Positions 40,712 to 51,802 are shown, numbered from the stretch's first letter. The stretch is DNA of 64,000 nt from a candidate division WOR-3 bacterium (GCA_965649205.1 CBFGJV010000006.1:41611-105610); one strand, 5' to 3'. Notes: a model not told the origin generated them from the letters alone. A program made the numbers and translations.

Positions 40712-41620
40712 TTGAGTACCAAAAGCGAATCTGTTTCGCCCCAGTCCATCCGGCCCTATGTGTACTATCCGGGCTGCACGCTCTACACCAAGGGACGGAG
40801 TCTGGACCTGTGCGCGCGCAAGGCAGCGGAGCGCGTAGGATTCAGTCTGGCTGAGATGCAGTCGTGGACCTGCTGTGGAGCGATATACAACACCAATTCA
40901 GACGATTTCGCGGCGCAGGTTGGGCCGGTGCGTAATCTGGCCAGGGCGAGTCAGGCAGGCGACAAGCTGGTTACCCTGTGTGCCGCGTGTTACAACGTGC
41001 TGAAACGGGCGAATGACAACCTGAATGCGAGGGGAAACGAGGAGACGCGGGACAGGCTGCTGGCATTCGTGGACGAAAAGTTCGAGCGGCCGGTAGAAGT
41101 GGTGCATTATCTGGATGTGCTGAAAACTGACATAGGCTGGGAGAATCTGAAGCAGAAGGTGACAAAGTCTCTGGCTGGACTGAAGGTGGCGTCCTACTAC
41201 GGCTGTCTGATGGTGCGCCCGGCCTCGGTGCTGAGCTTCGACGACCCGGACAATCCCAGCGTGATGGACGAACTGGTGTCAGCTCTAGGCGGCCAGCCGG
41301 TAGACTATGATTTCAAGACAGAATGTTGCGGCGGGTATCTGGTTACGAACCAGCGCGCCACCGCGGTGGAGTGTTCGCGCCGAGTATTGGACAACGCGGC
41401 CCAGACCGGTGCAGAGGTGGTGGTGACTACCTGTCCTCTTTGTCAGTACAACTTGGACGCGTTGCAGAAAGATATGGGCCGGGAAAGCCAGATGCCGGTT
41501 TTGTACTTCACCCAGCTTCTCGGGCTTGCAGTCGGGCTGGACGAGTCAGAGCTTGCCTTGGACTATAACCAGACAGATGCGAGGCCGCTCTTGAAGTCCA
41601 AGGGTCTGCTTACCGCGTGA
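40712..41620 (+). CDS. hdrB: Heterodisulfide reductase subunit B-like (CCG domains)
   Basis: YYPGC, WTCCG, CAAC, YYGC, ECCG and TCPLC motifs. Confidence 0.92.
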   Translation: MSTKSESVSPQSIRPYVYYPGCTLYTKGRSLDLCARKAAERVGFSLAEMQSWTCCGAIYNTNSDDFAAQVGPVRNLARASQAGDKLVTLCAACYNVLKRANDNLNARGNEETRDRLLAFVDEKFERPVEVVHYLDVLKTDIGWENLKQKVTKSLAGLKVASYYGCLMVRPASVLSFDDPDNPSVMDELVSALGGQPVDYDFKTECCGGYLVTNQRATAVECSRRVLDNAAQTGAEVVVTTCPLCQYNLDALQKDMGRESQMPVLYFTQLLGLAVGLDESELALDYNQTDARPLLKSKGLLTA

Positions 41621-41624
41621 GGTT

Positions 41625-42944
41625 GTGAGCATGGCAACCACCAGAAAGGCATTGGTCATCGGCGGCGGCATAGCGGGCATTCAGGCGGCTCTGGACATAG
41701 CCAACGCAGGAGTAGAGGTAGTGCTGGTGGAACGCAAGTCATCTATCGGCGGGCATATGGCGCAGTTGTCCGAGACTTTCCCCACCCTGGACTGCTCGCA
41801 GTGCATCCTCACGCCGAAGATGGTGGACGCGGCTCAGCACCCGCGCATCAGGCTGATGACCTACTCCGAAGTGGAATCGGTCAGCGGCTCGACCGGCGAT
41901 TTCCAGGTACGGATCAGGCAGAAGGCCAAATATGTGGACTGGGATGTATGCAACGGTTGCGGCCTGTGTATGACCAAGTGTCCGGGCAGGACAGAGTCTG
42001 AGTTCAATGAGGGACTGGAGAAACGCACGGCGATACACAGGCTATTCCCTCAAGCAGTACCGAACAAACCGGTCATAGATCGCAACTCGTGCATCTATCT
42101 GCAGAAGGGCAAATGTCGGGTATGCGAGAAAATCTGCCCGCCCCAGGCAATAAGGTTCGAGGACCAGGACCGGCTAGTTCAAGAAAACGTTGGCGCTATC
42201 GTAGTAGCTACCGGATTTGAGCTGCTTCACCTTAAAACTTATGGTTCCTACGGACTGGAACGGCATCCGGACGTTCTCACCGGTCTGGAGTTTGAGCGGC
42301 TGCTATCAGCGTCCGGCCCGACCAAGGGAGAAGTGAAGCGACCTTCGGACGGCAAGGAACCCAAACGTGTTGTGTTTGTGAAGTGCGCGGGCTCAAGAGA
42401 CAGGGAACGGGGCGTACCATACTGCTCCAAGGTGTGCTGCATGTACTCGGCCAAGCACGCGCTTCTGTACAAGCACCGGGTGCACGACGGCGAGGCCATC
42501 ATTTTCTACATTGACGTGAGGACAGCGGGTAAGGACTTTGAGGAGTTCTACAAGCGGGCAACAGACGAGGGTGTTATCTATGTGCGCGGCAAAGTGTCCA
42601 AAATTTTCCGCCGGGGCGACAAGATGGTGGTATGGGGTTCGGATACGGTCGCAGGCCGGAAAATGGAAGTGGAAGCTGATTTGGTGGTATTGGCCACAGC
42701 GATGATTCCAGATTCCCATGCCAGCTCGATAGCAGATATGCTGGGTATCCAAGTAGATCAGTATGGATTCTTCACTGAAGCGCAGTACAAACTGAAACCG
42801 GTAGAAACAAACCGGCCAGGCATATTCCTAGCTGGCGCTTGCCAAGGGCCGAAGGATATTCCAGAAACAGTAGCTCAGGGCTCAGCCGCTGCAAGCAAGG
42901 TTCTGGAGCTTCTGGCACAAAGACAGGAGGAGAAGCGTGGCTAA
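41625..42944 (+). CDS. hdrA: Short heterodisulfide reductase subunit A-like flavoprotein
   Basis: GGGIAG, TFPTLDCSQC, inserted ferredoxin, CAGSRD...YCSKVCC and GACQGPKDI motifs. Confidence 0.92.
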   Translation: MSMATTRKALVIGGGIAGIQAALDIANAGVEVVLVERKSSIGGHMAQLSETFPTLDCSQCILTPKMVDAAQHPRIRLMTYSEVESVSGSTGDFQVRIRQKAKYVDWDVCNGCGLCMTKCPGRTESEFNEGLEKRTAIHRLFPQAVPNKPVIDRNSCIYLQKGKCRVCEKICPPQAIRFEDQDRLVQENVGAIVVATGFELLHLKTYGSYGLERHPDVLTGLEFERLLSASGPTKGEVKRPSDGKEPKRVVFVKCAGSRDRERGVPYCSKVCCMYSAKHALLYKHRVHDGEAIIFYIDVRTAGKDFEEFYKRATDEGVIYVRGKVSKIFRRGDKMVVWGSDTVAGRKMEVEADLVVLATAMIPDSHASSIADMLGIQVDQYGFFTEAQYKLKPVETNRPGIFLAGACQGPKDIPETVAQGSAAASKVLELLAQRQEEKRG

Positions 42945-43926
42945 GCCGAGGTTCGGATTTTACTGGGCGGCGTCGTGCGGCGGATGCGAAATTTCAGTAT
43001 TGGACACGAACGAAAAGCTTCTGGACATTGCGGCCAGGGCTGAAATCCTGCTCTGGCCAGTGGCAATGGATACCAAAAAGGCGGATGTGGAGAAGATGCC
43101 GGACAAGCACCTAGACACAGTGTTCTTCAATGGTTCGGTGCGTAACTCAGAGCAGGAGGAATGGGCGCACCTGCTTCGGCGCAAGGCTAAGACACTGGTG
43201 GCGTTCGGATCCTGCGCGCATCACGGCTGCATCCCCGGACTGGCCAACCTCTATAGCCGAGAGGAAATCTTCCGCACTATTTATCGCAACGAACCCTCGC
43301 TCGACGAATCAAGGGGAATCGAACCGAAGACAAAAGTTACAGTAGCGGAGGGAGAGTTGACCCTGCCGGAGTTCTTTGACCTGGTTAGACCGCTGGACCA
43401 GGTAGTGGAAGTTGACTATTATCTCCCGGGGTGTCCACCGCCAGTACCGATTGTCCTAAAAGCGATGGACACAATAATATCCGGTAGTCTGCCGGCAAAA
43501 GGCACTGTGCTTGCGCCGACCAAAGCGTTGTGCGACGAGTGCTCGCGGAACGAAAGTCTGCCTAAGAAGATGCCGGACGTGAAACGTACCTGGGAAGTGC
43601 AGGCAGACCCCAAGGTGTGCTTTCTGCGGCAGGGCATCATCTGTATGGGCCCGGCTACGCGCTCCGGGTGCGAGCAACGTTGTATCAACGGCAACTGGCC
43701 CTGTACCGGTTGTATGGGCCCGGTTCCGGAGGTGAAAGACCAGGGCGCAAAGATGATTTCCGCCCTGGGTGCAATACTCGCTTTAGACGAGGAAGCAAAA
43801 CTCACTGAAGACCAGACCAAAGCTCTGATAGCGAAAGTCAAAGATCCGGTAGGCACGTTCTATATGTACGGCTTGGCCAGTGCAACCATAAACAAAAGAC
43901 AACGGAAAGAGTCTGCTGGAGCTTAG
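42937..43926 (+). CDS. mvhG: [NiFe]-hydrogenase small subunit, MvhG-like
   Basis: SCGGC, FGSCA, PGCPP and CMGPATRSGC...PCTGC motifs. Confidence 0.9.
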   Translation: MAKPRFGFYWAASCGGCEISVLDTNEKLLDIAARAEILLWPVAMDTKKADVEKMPDKHLDTVFFNGSVRNSEQEEWAHLLRRKAKTLVAFGSCAHHGCIPGLANLYSREEIFRTIYRNEPSLDESRGIEPKTKVTVAEGELTLPEFFDLVRPLDQVVEVDYYLPGCPPPVPIVLKAMDTIISGSLPAKGTVLAPTKALCDECSRNESLPKKMPDVKRTWEVQADPKVCFLRQGIICMGPATRSGCEQRCINGNWPCTGCMGPVPEVKDQGAKMISALGAILALDEEAKLTEDQTKALIAKVKDPVGTFYMYGLASATINKRQRKESAGA

Positions 43927-43927
43927 T

Positions 43928-45406
43928 ATGGACAGACGCATAACTGTTGACCCGATTACACGACTGGAAGGACATGGAAAGATAGAAATCTTTTTGGACG
44001 AGCACGGCGAGGTAGACAACGCCTATCTCCAAGTTCCTGAACTACGTGGTTTCGAGCAGTTCTGCGTGGGCAGGAAGGCTGAAGATATGCCCCAGCTTAC
44101 CTCACGCATCTGTGGTGTCTGTCCGGTCGCCCACCACTACGCTGCTACCAAGGCACTGGATATGGCCTTTGGCGTAGAACCAACCGCAACCGCAAGGAAG
44201 CTGCGCGAGCTCATCTACGCCGGTTATATCATCTATGATCACATTTTGCACTTCTACTTTCTGGCCGGGCCGGATTTTGTGTTAGGACCGGACGCACCCA
44301 AGGAAAAGCGGAATATCCTCGGTGTTATAGAAAAAGTAGGACTGGATGTGGCAAGAGAAGTAATTAAGCACCGAGCCTATGGTCAGAAGATAACAGAGAT
44401 TCTCGGGGGCAAACCAACCCATCCTGTGTCGGGCGTTCCCGGAGGCCAGACCAAATCACTAGACGAAGATGGACGGAAGCAAATAGAAGAAATGGCGAAG
44501 TCCTGCGTAGCATTCGCTGAATTCAGTTTGGAGCTTTTCCGCAAGACGGTATTGGAAAACAAACAGTATATGAACCTTGTCACTGACCCCCGTTTCAGTC
44601 TCAAACTGTACAATATGGGTCTTGTAGACGAGAAGAACCGGGTGAACTTCTACGACGGCAAAGTACGCGTAACTACCCCAAACGGTGAGGAGTACCTCAA
44701 ATTTGAGTTAAAGGATTACCTGAAGCATATCCGGGAACACGTTCTGGAATGGAGCTATGTGAAGGTACCTTACCTTGCGGCAATTGGCTACAGGGGACTC
44801 ACTGATGGCCCGGAATCTGGCATCTATCGTGTAGGACCTCTAGCTCGCTTGAATGCGGCCGAAGGAATGGCAACACCCAAAGCAGATGCTGCATACCGAG
44901 AAATGTACAACACTTTCGGCACCAAACCGGTACACTCTACGCTTGCATTCCACTGGGCTAGGCTTATAGAATTGCTCTACGCTTCCGAACTAGCGCTTGC
45001 ACTTGCCTCGGACACCAACATCACCGGAACAGACATCCGCAATATGGACTACAAGATGCAGGAGCAGGGCATCGGCGTGGTAGAGGCGGCGCGGGGAACT
45101 CTGTTCCATCACTACTGGCTGGATGAAAACAGATTGGTGAAGAAAGTGAATCTGATTGTGGCCTCAACCAACAATATGGGCCCGATCTGTATGTCAGTCC
45201 GAGACGCAGCAAGGAGTCTAATCCACGCCGGCAAGGCAGACGACGGACTGTTGAATACGGTAGAAATGTTCTTCCGTGCCTACGACCCGTGCTTTGCCTG
45301 TGCTAGCCACACCCTCGGAAGCGCACCGCTGGAAGTCAACCTGCGCCTCTCAGATGGCACATTACTAGAGACCCTGACAAACCAATCCAACCGGGATACA
45401 CATTAA
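43928..45406 (+). CDS. mvhA: [NiFe]-hydrogenase large subunit, group 3c MvhA-like
   Basis: TRLEGHG, RICGVC (L1) and [12 protein letters not shown] (L2) with a cleavable C-terminal extension. Confidence 0.93.
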   Translation: MDRRITVDPITRLEGHGKIEIFLDEHGEVDNAYLQVPELRGFEQFCVGRKAEDMPQLTSRICGVCPVAHHYAATKALDMAFGVEPTATARKLRELIYAGYIIYDHILHFYFLAGPDFVLGPDAPKEKRNILGVIEKVGLDVAREVIKHRAYGQKITEILGGKPTHPVSGVPGGQTKSLDEDGRKQIEEMAKSCVAFAEFSLELFRKTVLENKQYMNLVTDPRFSLKLYNMGLVDEKNRVNFYDGKVRVTTPNGEEYLKFELKDYLKHIREHVLEWSYVKVPYLAAIGYRGLTDGPESGIYRVGPLARLNAAEGMATPKADAAYREMYNTFGTKPVHSTLAFHWARLIELLYASELALALASDTNITGTDIRNMDYKMQEQGIGVVEAARGTLFHHYWLDENRLVKKVNLIVASTNNMGPICMSVRDAARSLIHAGKADDGLLNTVEMFFRAYDPCFACASHTLGSAPLEVNLRLSDGTLLETLTNQSNRDTH

Positions 45407-45523
45407 AACCAGGAAAATTCTATATCAGTTACAAACCACCAGCGCTCCACAGTCTAATTAAACCGCACTGGTCTTTCCAAATTAGAACGTAGAGCTGGTA
45501 CTAAGCCTTCGTGACCCGCCTGC

Positions 45524-46594
45524 CTACCAGCGGATAACCACTCCGCCCCAGGTGAGGCCAGCACCGAAAGCTACCATAACTACGGCATCTCCGGCGTGTA
45601 TTCTGCCACTGCGTCTGGCTTCATCCAGAGCAATAATTGTAGAAGCGGAAGATGTATTGGCGTATTTTTCTATGTTAACAAAGACTTTCTCTTTCGGAAA
45701 GCCCAGCATCTTGGCCACCGCCTCAATGATGCGCAGGTTCGCCTGGTGCGGAATGAGCAACTTGATATCCTCGGCCTTAAGCCGGGCCATATCCAAGAGC
45801 CGTCTCACCGCATCACTCATACTCCGTACGGCCACCTTAAATATAGCGTTGCCGTTCATCTTTAGGTAATGAAGTCGTTCCTTGACCGATTCCACTGTGG
45901 CTGGTATGCGGGAACCGCCCGCGGGCATCATCAGATCGGGACCACGTGAACCATCCGCAGCCAGATAGCTCGCTATAATACCACGACCCGTATCTCCTTC
46001 CGCCCTGACCACTGCCGCACCCGCCCCATCTGCAAGCAGTACACAAGTCCCGCGGTCAGTCCAGTCTGTAATCTTGGAAAGTATCTCCACCCCTACGACC
46101 AGAACTGTTTTGTAGGTTCCGGCCGCTATGAACTGCCGAGCTGTGGCTAGTGCGTAGATAAACCCGGTGCAGCCAGCAGAGACGTCCATCGCCGCCGCTT
46201 TCTTCGCACCCAGTCGGTTCTGCAGTATGCAAGAAGTAGAAGGAAACAGCATGTCACCGGTCACAGTCGCCACCAATATCAGGTCCAGGTCTTCAGGATG
46301 CACTTTGGCGTCAGCCAGTGCTTTCTGAGCAGCCCGGAGAGCGAAGTCCGACGCTGCCTCGTCCGGCCGCGCAATCCTGCGTTCTCTCATCCCGGTACGC
46401 TCTACGATCCATTCATCAGAAGTGTCTACCAGCTTCTCCAAATCGGCATTGGTCATAATCCGCTCCGGCACATCAAAGCCGGTGCCGGAAATTATGGCCG
46501 CGGGCCGACTCACTACATTCACAGCAAGAGAAGAAAAAAGATGCGGCTCTTCCTTCGCCGCCAGGGACTCCGGGTCAATAGCTACTTTGTTCAC
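45524..46594 (-). CDS. fabH: Beta-ketoacyl-ACP synthase III
   Basis: DTSDEWI, AGCTGF, PHQAN, NTSSAS and FGAGLTWG motifs; promoter TTGACA-16-TAGTAT at 46604-46631. Confidence 0.96.
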   Translation of the reverse strand: MNKVAIDPESLAAKEEPHLFSSLAVNVVSRPAAIISGTGFDVPERIMTNADLEKLVDTSDEWIVERTGMRERRIARPDEAASDFALRAAQKALADAKVHPEDLDLILVATVTGDMLFPSTSCILQNRLGAKKAAAMDVSAGCTGFIYALATARQFIAAGTYKTVLVVGVEILSKITDWTDRGTCVLLADGAGAAVVRAEGDTGRGIIASYLAADGSRGPDLMMPAGGSRIPATVESVKERLHYLKMNGNAIFKVAVRSMSDAVRRLLDMARLKAEDIKLLIPHQANLRIIEAVAKMLGFPKEKVFVNIEKYANTSSASTIIALDEARRSGRIHAGDAVVMVAFGAGLTWGGVVIRW

Positions 46595-46659
46595 GACTGC
46601 TAAATACTACCATGCTGTTCCGCTGTGTCAAATCGCCTGCTCTCGCAGTTTTGGTTCTA

Positions 46660-47415
46660 CTAGCTTTTCGGCGACGCTGACCAACCTCTTTCTGCCAACC
46701 GTTCTAGGAACTGCTCTATCCGCCGTTGGTTCAAAAAATACCCAACAGAAAGCGCAGCCGCGATCAAACCAAGCAACGCCCACTGCTGCCAACCGAAGCG
46801 AGTTGCACCTGCCCCCAGGGCACATTCTATCAGGTTCGATGGCAACCGCGCCACAAGCACCAATATCAGGAACACAGGCAACGGTAACGGGGTCAGACCG
46901 GCAAGGTAATATATCCAGTCCCCAAACGGATTAGGCACCAGGAGCAAAAGAAACACATAAAAGGTACCCCGACGCAGTATTACTGCATCCAACCGCCGCA
47001 GTTGCTCAGCCGGGACTAGATACTTGAGTAACCTACGACCCAAAAGCCTGGTCAAAAGAAAATCTACAGTCGCTCCCAAGAGCACACCCAACATCAACCA
47101 GATAATAGTGGGCCAGGTACCCAGCGCATAACCGCAGGCGAATGCAACCACATTACCAGGAAGCGGCGCCACAGCTATCTGCACTGCCTGAAGAATAATA
47201 ATGCCCACAGGGGCCCAGCCTCCCCATCCCTTTACCAATGCCCTGAGTTCCAATGGATTGCGGAAGCAATGCCACACCTGCCTGCCGCCTGCAGCGATAG
47301 CCAGAGCCAGAACCACAATGAGTAGAAACAGAAGCCCAACTGAAATCCGCCTACCCGCCACTCTGCTTTCCCTCACATCTCTACGATTATTGACGGTTCT
47401 GCTGCTAGAAAACAA
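46660..47415 (-). CDS. TVP38/TMEM64 (VTT domain) membrane protein (start uncertain)
   Basis: QIAVAPLPG...G; multiple TM helices; YLAGLT. Confidence 0.85.
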   Translation of the reverse strand: MFSSSRTVNNRRDVRESRVAGRRISVGLLFLLIVVLALAIAAGGRQVWHCFRNPLELRALVKGWGGWAPVGIIILQAVQIAVAPLPGNVVAFACGYALGTWPTIIWLMLGVLLGATVDFLLTRLLGRRLLKYLVPAEQLRRLDAVILRRGTFYVFLLLLVPNPFGDWIYYLAGLTPLPLPVFLILVLVARLPSNLIECALGAGATRFGWQQWALLGLIAAALSVGYFLNQRRIEQFLERLAERGWSASPKS

Positions 47416-47526
47416 AGGGAGAAAATTGGCATTGGTACCCTATATCTAGCTCAGTCCAATACAAAGTCAAGTATGCATTCAGGGTTTGTGTTGACGTTGT
47501 CTGGCTCATGGTTATCCTGAGCTTGT

Positions 47527-48975
47527 ATGCATCAAACAGGAAGATTACTGATAGGCGGCAAGTGGGTTAAGACAGAAAAAACGATGCCAGTGAGAAATCC
47601 CTACGATGACTCTGTTCTCGCCGAAGTTGCAGTCGCCGGTCCGAACGAAGTCGAACAAGCTCTAACCTCCGCGGAAGCCGGCGCCGAGGAAATGCGCCGC
47701 TTACCTACACACCGCCGCACCGGCATCCTTACGCGCTGCGCCGAGTTGGTCGAAACCCGCAAGCAAGAGTTCACAGATACCATCATTGCTGAAGCTGGCA
47801 AACCCCGCCGCTACGCAGAAACCGAGGTTAACCGGGCCATAGAAACCTTACGCCTTGCTGCAGCTGAAGCCTCCCGCCTTCACGGCGAAACAATACCGAT
47901 GGATGCGTGCGTCGGTTCTGAAAACCGCCGGGGATTCTTCATTCGCGTGCCCCTCGGTGTAGTCGCAGCTATAACACCTTTCAACTTTCCCTTAAACCTC
48001 GTCGTCCACAAGGTCGCGCCAGCACTCGCGGCCGGCAACTCAGTAGTCTTAAAGCCAGCCAGTGCGACTCCCTTGTCCGCGCTCAAACTCGGAGAAACCC
48101 TCCTCGAGGCCGGTTTACCAGTCCAAGCTCTGAACATCTTGGTTGGATCAGGCAACACGTTAGGGGCCATGCTAGTTAAAGACCGCCGGGTACGTATGGT
48201 AACCTTCACCGGCAGCGCCGCGGTGGGAGAAAAAATCAAGACTTCATCCGGACTGAAGCGAGTAACACTTGAACTCGGTTCCAACTCTGGAGCCATCATT
48301 GACGAAACGGCGGACTTCAACAAGGCACTTGGCCGCTGCTTAGTCGGGGCTTTCTCCTATTCCGGACAGGTGTGTATCCACACCCAGCGACTGTATGTAC
48401 ACCAGTCAATCGCCGAACGATTCACAGCTGAATTCGTAGCTCGCGCCCGTAACCTGCGCTGCGGAGACCCTACCCTGCGCGAAACCGAAATAGGTCCGAT
48501 GATTAACCGAACGGCTCTCAACAAAGGGTTAGCGTTTGTAAACCAAGCACTTCAGCAGGGTGCAACGGTATGTTGCAGAGGCCAAGCGGAAGGAAACATA
48601 ATGCTACCAACGGTCATTACCAATGTCCGACCCGAGATGCCCGTTGTGTGTGAGGAAACCTTTGCCCCCACTGTCACCATTGAAACGTTTGCCGACTTCA
48701 AGCAAAGCCTAGAAATGTTCAACCGCGCATCGGCAAGGGGAACCTATCAATATGGTCTTGCCTGTGGTGTTTTCACCCGTGACCTCAGCCGAGCGATGCT
48801 TGCTGCCGAAGAACTCACTGTCGGCAACGTTTACATCAACGACTCGGCAACTTTTCGCGCGGACATCCAGCCTTACGGTGGCGTGCGAGATTCCGGTTTG
48901 GGACGGGAAGGTCCGCGCTTCGCCATAGAAGAGATGACAGACATCCGCTTTATTTCCTTCCACATCGACTTCTGA
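47527..48975 (+). CDS. Aldehyde dehydrogenase family protein
   Basis: ITPFNFP, FTGS, LELG, GQVC and EETFAP motifs; promoter TTGACG-16-TATCCT at 47491-47518. Confidence 0.95.
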   Translation: MHQTGRLLIGGKWVKTEKTMPVRNPYDDSVLAEVAVAGPNEVEQALTSAEAGAEEMRRLPTHRRTGILTRCAELVETRKQEFTDTIIAEAGKPRRYAETEVNRAIETLRLAAAEASRLHGETIPMDACVGSENRRGFFIRVPLGVVAAITPFNFPLNLVVHKVAPALAAGNSVVLKPASATPLSALKLGETLLEAGLPVQALNILVGSGNTLGAMLVKDRRVRMVTFTGSAAVGEKIKTSSGLKRVTLELGSNSGAIIDETADFNKALGRCLVGAFSYSGQVCIHTQRLYVHQSIAERFTAEFVARARNLRCGDPTLRETEIGPMINRTALNKGLAFVNQALQQGATVCCRGQAEGNIMLPTVITNVRPEMPVVCEETFAPTVTIETFADFKQSLEMFNRASARGTYQYGLACGVFTRDLSRAMLAAEELTVGNVYINDSATFRADIQPYGGVRDSGLGREGPRFAIEEMTDIRFISFHIDF

Positions 48976-49479
48976 ACGTCAAATCGACCACCAATTTGCC
49001 CTGCTAACTGGGCAGACGCGAAATTGATTTCTGTTTTCGTCAACGAGAAGAATCGATTCAGATAGCGCAACAATGCGTATCCGATCAAAAAGAAACAACG
49101 GTACGATCTCAAGACACTGCTGAGCTGGGGAGAAACGAGTCGCCAACCCCCAACAACTGCGTTAACCGCCCAATGGTATGTATAGCTGGCTGAATGTTTG
49201 AAAGCTAAAATTCTCTTTTCCTCCAGGTCACAACATTCAGACTGTACTGTTCCAGCCGCCACGAGCTTCAGACTGGCTCAACCCTTCCAGAACTGTATGG
49301 AACCGGCTCGGCATTTCAGCTACATAAAGTGTGCGCCAGTCCGGCATGGAAGCTGCTCCATACTTCATTCCACGGCATACCGCCCCTTCTTTTCGTGGTT
49401 AACGCAAAGTTAGAGTTTCTGAAAACTAAGTCTTATCTTGTATGCTTGACACTTTCAAACAACAAGATACGCTTCACTA

Positions 49480-50907
49480 GTGAAGCTTACAGGACTGCTG
49501 GTACTTTGCTCTTTGACAGTAATAAGTCTCAGTCAACCTAAACTGGAAACGGTCGTAAACTCAGCACCCCAGTCTGTCGGGCAAATGTTCATCAACGCTG
49601 ATTGTGCCGGCGCGGACTCCGCAAAGCTTTTCTACTCATTCAACCAACAATCGTCCTGGAGCGAAACCTTGATGACCCTGCGCGGTATAGCTGGATACGA
49701 GAGCACTTTTGCTCACTCTATAGACCTTCCTCGCTCAGGACAAATCTGGTACTATGTTAGGGCGTCAACCAAAGCTCAGCAGGCTACCCAGTCTCCCGTC
49801 AACACAGCAGATGTGTGGCCGCCTCCTGATAATCTCCTCGCTCTGGCTACTCATGACACAACAGGTGATGCACGCAATCCCGAAAATCCCTTTCTTGATC
49901 TTACCGGCCTGTGGGTAGGTTGGTCGGCCAAGTATTTCTATGCCAAGCTGACAAACAATCACACTTCTTGGCCGCTCTCTGCTGGGCCCTTCGGTCCTTG
50001 GTTTCTCTATTCAGTCGGCTTCGTAAATCCGGAGGCCGTCTCTGATAGCTGGGTTTTCTCTCTCAGTTATGCCAATGTTCCTCTCGCATTCTCAACAGGC
50101 CTTTATCTGATAAATCGCTATACGGGCAACTATTCTAAACTTGCAGACATAGAAGTAATCACCTCCGGAAACTGTCTTCATTTGCGGGGCCGCAGGAGCG
50201 ACATCGAACTCCATCCTCGCTTTGCACCCTGGCCCAATTCTTCAGGCGCCACAGCGGTTGCAGCTAATACCCAGACCATCAGGGTAAGTGGTGCCACGCC
50301 AAACGACACTACCGTAGCCACGCACTTCTATTCCCTATGCACCCCATCTGTCGTTATTGCTCGCAATCGTCCCCCGGTTCTTGGCGATGCCCGCGTTATT
50401 CCTCGCTCAGGAAATTCTGAAACTCTCTTTCGCTTCAGCTGTTTCTACACGGATCCAGATTCTCACCTCCCAACCCGATTCCAGCTTCTCGTAGAAGGAG
50501 ATAGCTTCGAACTGCGTCCAGTTCACCATCGTTACTGGACTGAATGCCAGTTTCTAGCTGAACGGGCAGGTTTTGCGCCCGGCTGGAAAAAATTCCGTTT
50601 TTATTTCAGTGACGGTATGACCTCAACCCAAACCAATCCGGATAGTTTCTTCGTCTCCTCAGTCGGGGTAGCCGAATCCGAAACGGAAACAATACCCAAA
50701 CGCCCCGTAGCCTCCGTTACAACAAAACTACCCACGGCACTGTCCCTAACCGCCGACCACGAAGAAATGTACTTGCTTGACTGTACCGGGCGGCGACTGA
50801 CATTGCCTCGCGCTGGCCAGAACCAAATCAAATCATTACCCGCCGGTATCTACTTTCTTGTAAATCCAGGCGAAGACCTCCTATTACGCCTCGTAGTCCT
50901 TCCCTGA
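49480..50907 (+). CDS. Secreted protein with a degenerate T9SS-like C-terminal domain
   Basis: Signal peptide; C-terminal LLDCTGR...LPAGIYF...RLVVL; promoter TTGACA-16-TACGCT 6 nt upstream. Confidence 0.65.
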   Translation: MKLTGLLVLCSLTVISLSQPKLETVVNSAPQSVGQMFINADCAGADSAKLFYSFNQQSSWSETLMTLRGIAGYESTFAHSIDLPRSGQIWYYVRASTKAQQATQSPVNTADVWPPPDNLLALATHDTTGDARNPENPFLDLTGLWVGWSAKYFYAKLTNNHTSWPLSAGPFGPWFLYSVGFVNPEAVSDSWVFSLSYANVPLAFSTGLYLINRYTGNYSKLADIEVITSGNCLHLRGRRSDIELHPRFAPWPNSSGATAVAANTQTIRVSGATPNDTTVATHFYSLCTPSVVIARNRPPVLGDARVIPRSGNSETLFRFSCFYTDPDSHLPTRFQLLVEGDSFELRPVHHRYWTECQFLAERAGFAPGWKKFRFYFSDGMTSTQTNPDSFFVSSVGVAESETETIPKRPVASVTTKLPTALSLTADHEEMYLLDCTGRRLTLPRAGQNQIKSLPAGIYFLVNPGEDLLLRLVVLP

Positions 50908-50913
50908 CTACTC

Positions 50914-51657
50914 TTATCCATATAGTACGAGCAGGTCCAACGTCAAAGCCACCGAGTAGTGCACCAATACCGCAGGCAGAAAACTGCGTCCCCGCAGTGC
51001 AAGCACACCCAGAACCACTCCGGCCACAACCGACCCCCACACCTCCAGTGCAGGCTTGCCGATATGCATAAGTACAAAAGGAGTAGTAGAAACAACTATA
51101 CCAACAGCATTACCAACTCGTCGCGAAAATCCAAACAGAAGATAACCCCGGAAGAGAAATTCCCAACCTAGCATATAAACTAGCCTGATGGTTTGAGCGA
51201 GAAAAAATCCCCTGCCCCCCACGCGACTCAGAAGCAAGTAAGGGTAAACACGTCTGAAAGACGGCTGGCGAGACGCCCAATACAACAAAAAGAACACAAT
51301 CACGTAAAGAACGAGACTGTCCCAGAGCCACACTCGCCATCTACCCCATTCCAACCCTACATCACGTGGCCGCAACCGCAACAGAAAGAGAGAACAAAGA
51401 GGAAATAACAAATAGATGCTGCCACGTACGAGGTGCAAACCCGCCTGTGTCCATGCATAGCTGTTTTCGTCCTGCGCCAGACTACTTATCCGCAGCAGGG
51501 CACCTACCGATTTGCTAACTGGAGAAGGAACAAAAAGAGAAGCGACCATGCACACCGTTGCCGTCAAACCGAGCCAGAGCAAATCCGCCTGTTCAATCCC
51601 TTCCCGTATATCACGCCAGAGTCCACACAGATAACTCACGTCAGAACATAGCAACAT
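50914..51657 (-). CDS. CPBP/CAAX (Abi) family intramembrane protease
   Basis: WEFLFRG, FVLMH and VLVH motifs; multiple TM helices. Confidence 0.88.
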   Translation of the reverse strand: MLLCSDVSYLCGLWRDIREGIEQADLLWLGLTATVCMVASLFVPSPVSKSVGALLRISSLAQDENSYAWTQAGLHLVRGSIYLLFPLCSLFLLRLRPRDVGLEWGRWRVWLWDSLVLYVIVFFLLYWASRQPSFRRVYPYLLLSRVGGRGFFLAQTIRLVYMLGWEFLFRGYLLFGFSRRVGNAVGIVVSTTPFVLMHIGKPALEVWGSVVAGVVLGVLALRGRSFLPAVLVHYSVALTLDLLVLYG

Positions 51658-51802
51658 CGTGCTCGGCAGTCAACGACAGCCCGATTGAAGATCTAGCCGA
51701 TGTTAATTCACGCACAAAATACTGCAGGCTAAGTATGAAAACAAAAGTAACTTCCATCTCTTCTCTTTCTTGCAAAAACATAAATTGTGACTAGCATAAG
51801 TT

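Noticed and set aside
41625..45406. Selenocysteine in HdrA or a [NiFeSe] hydrogenase
   Set aside because: The relevant motifs (TLDCSQC, DPCFAC) are Cys-encoded and there is no in-frame TGA.
49329..49340. GTGCG resembling a group II intron 5' end
   Set aside because: No domain V/VI, no reverse transcriptase and no interrupted host gene.
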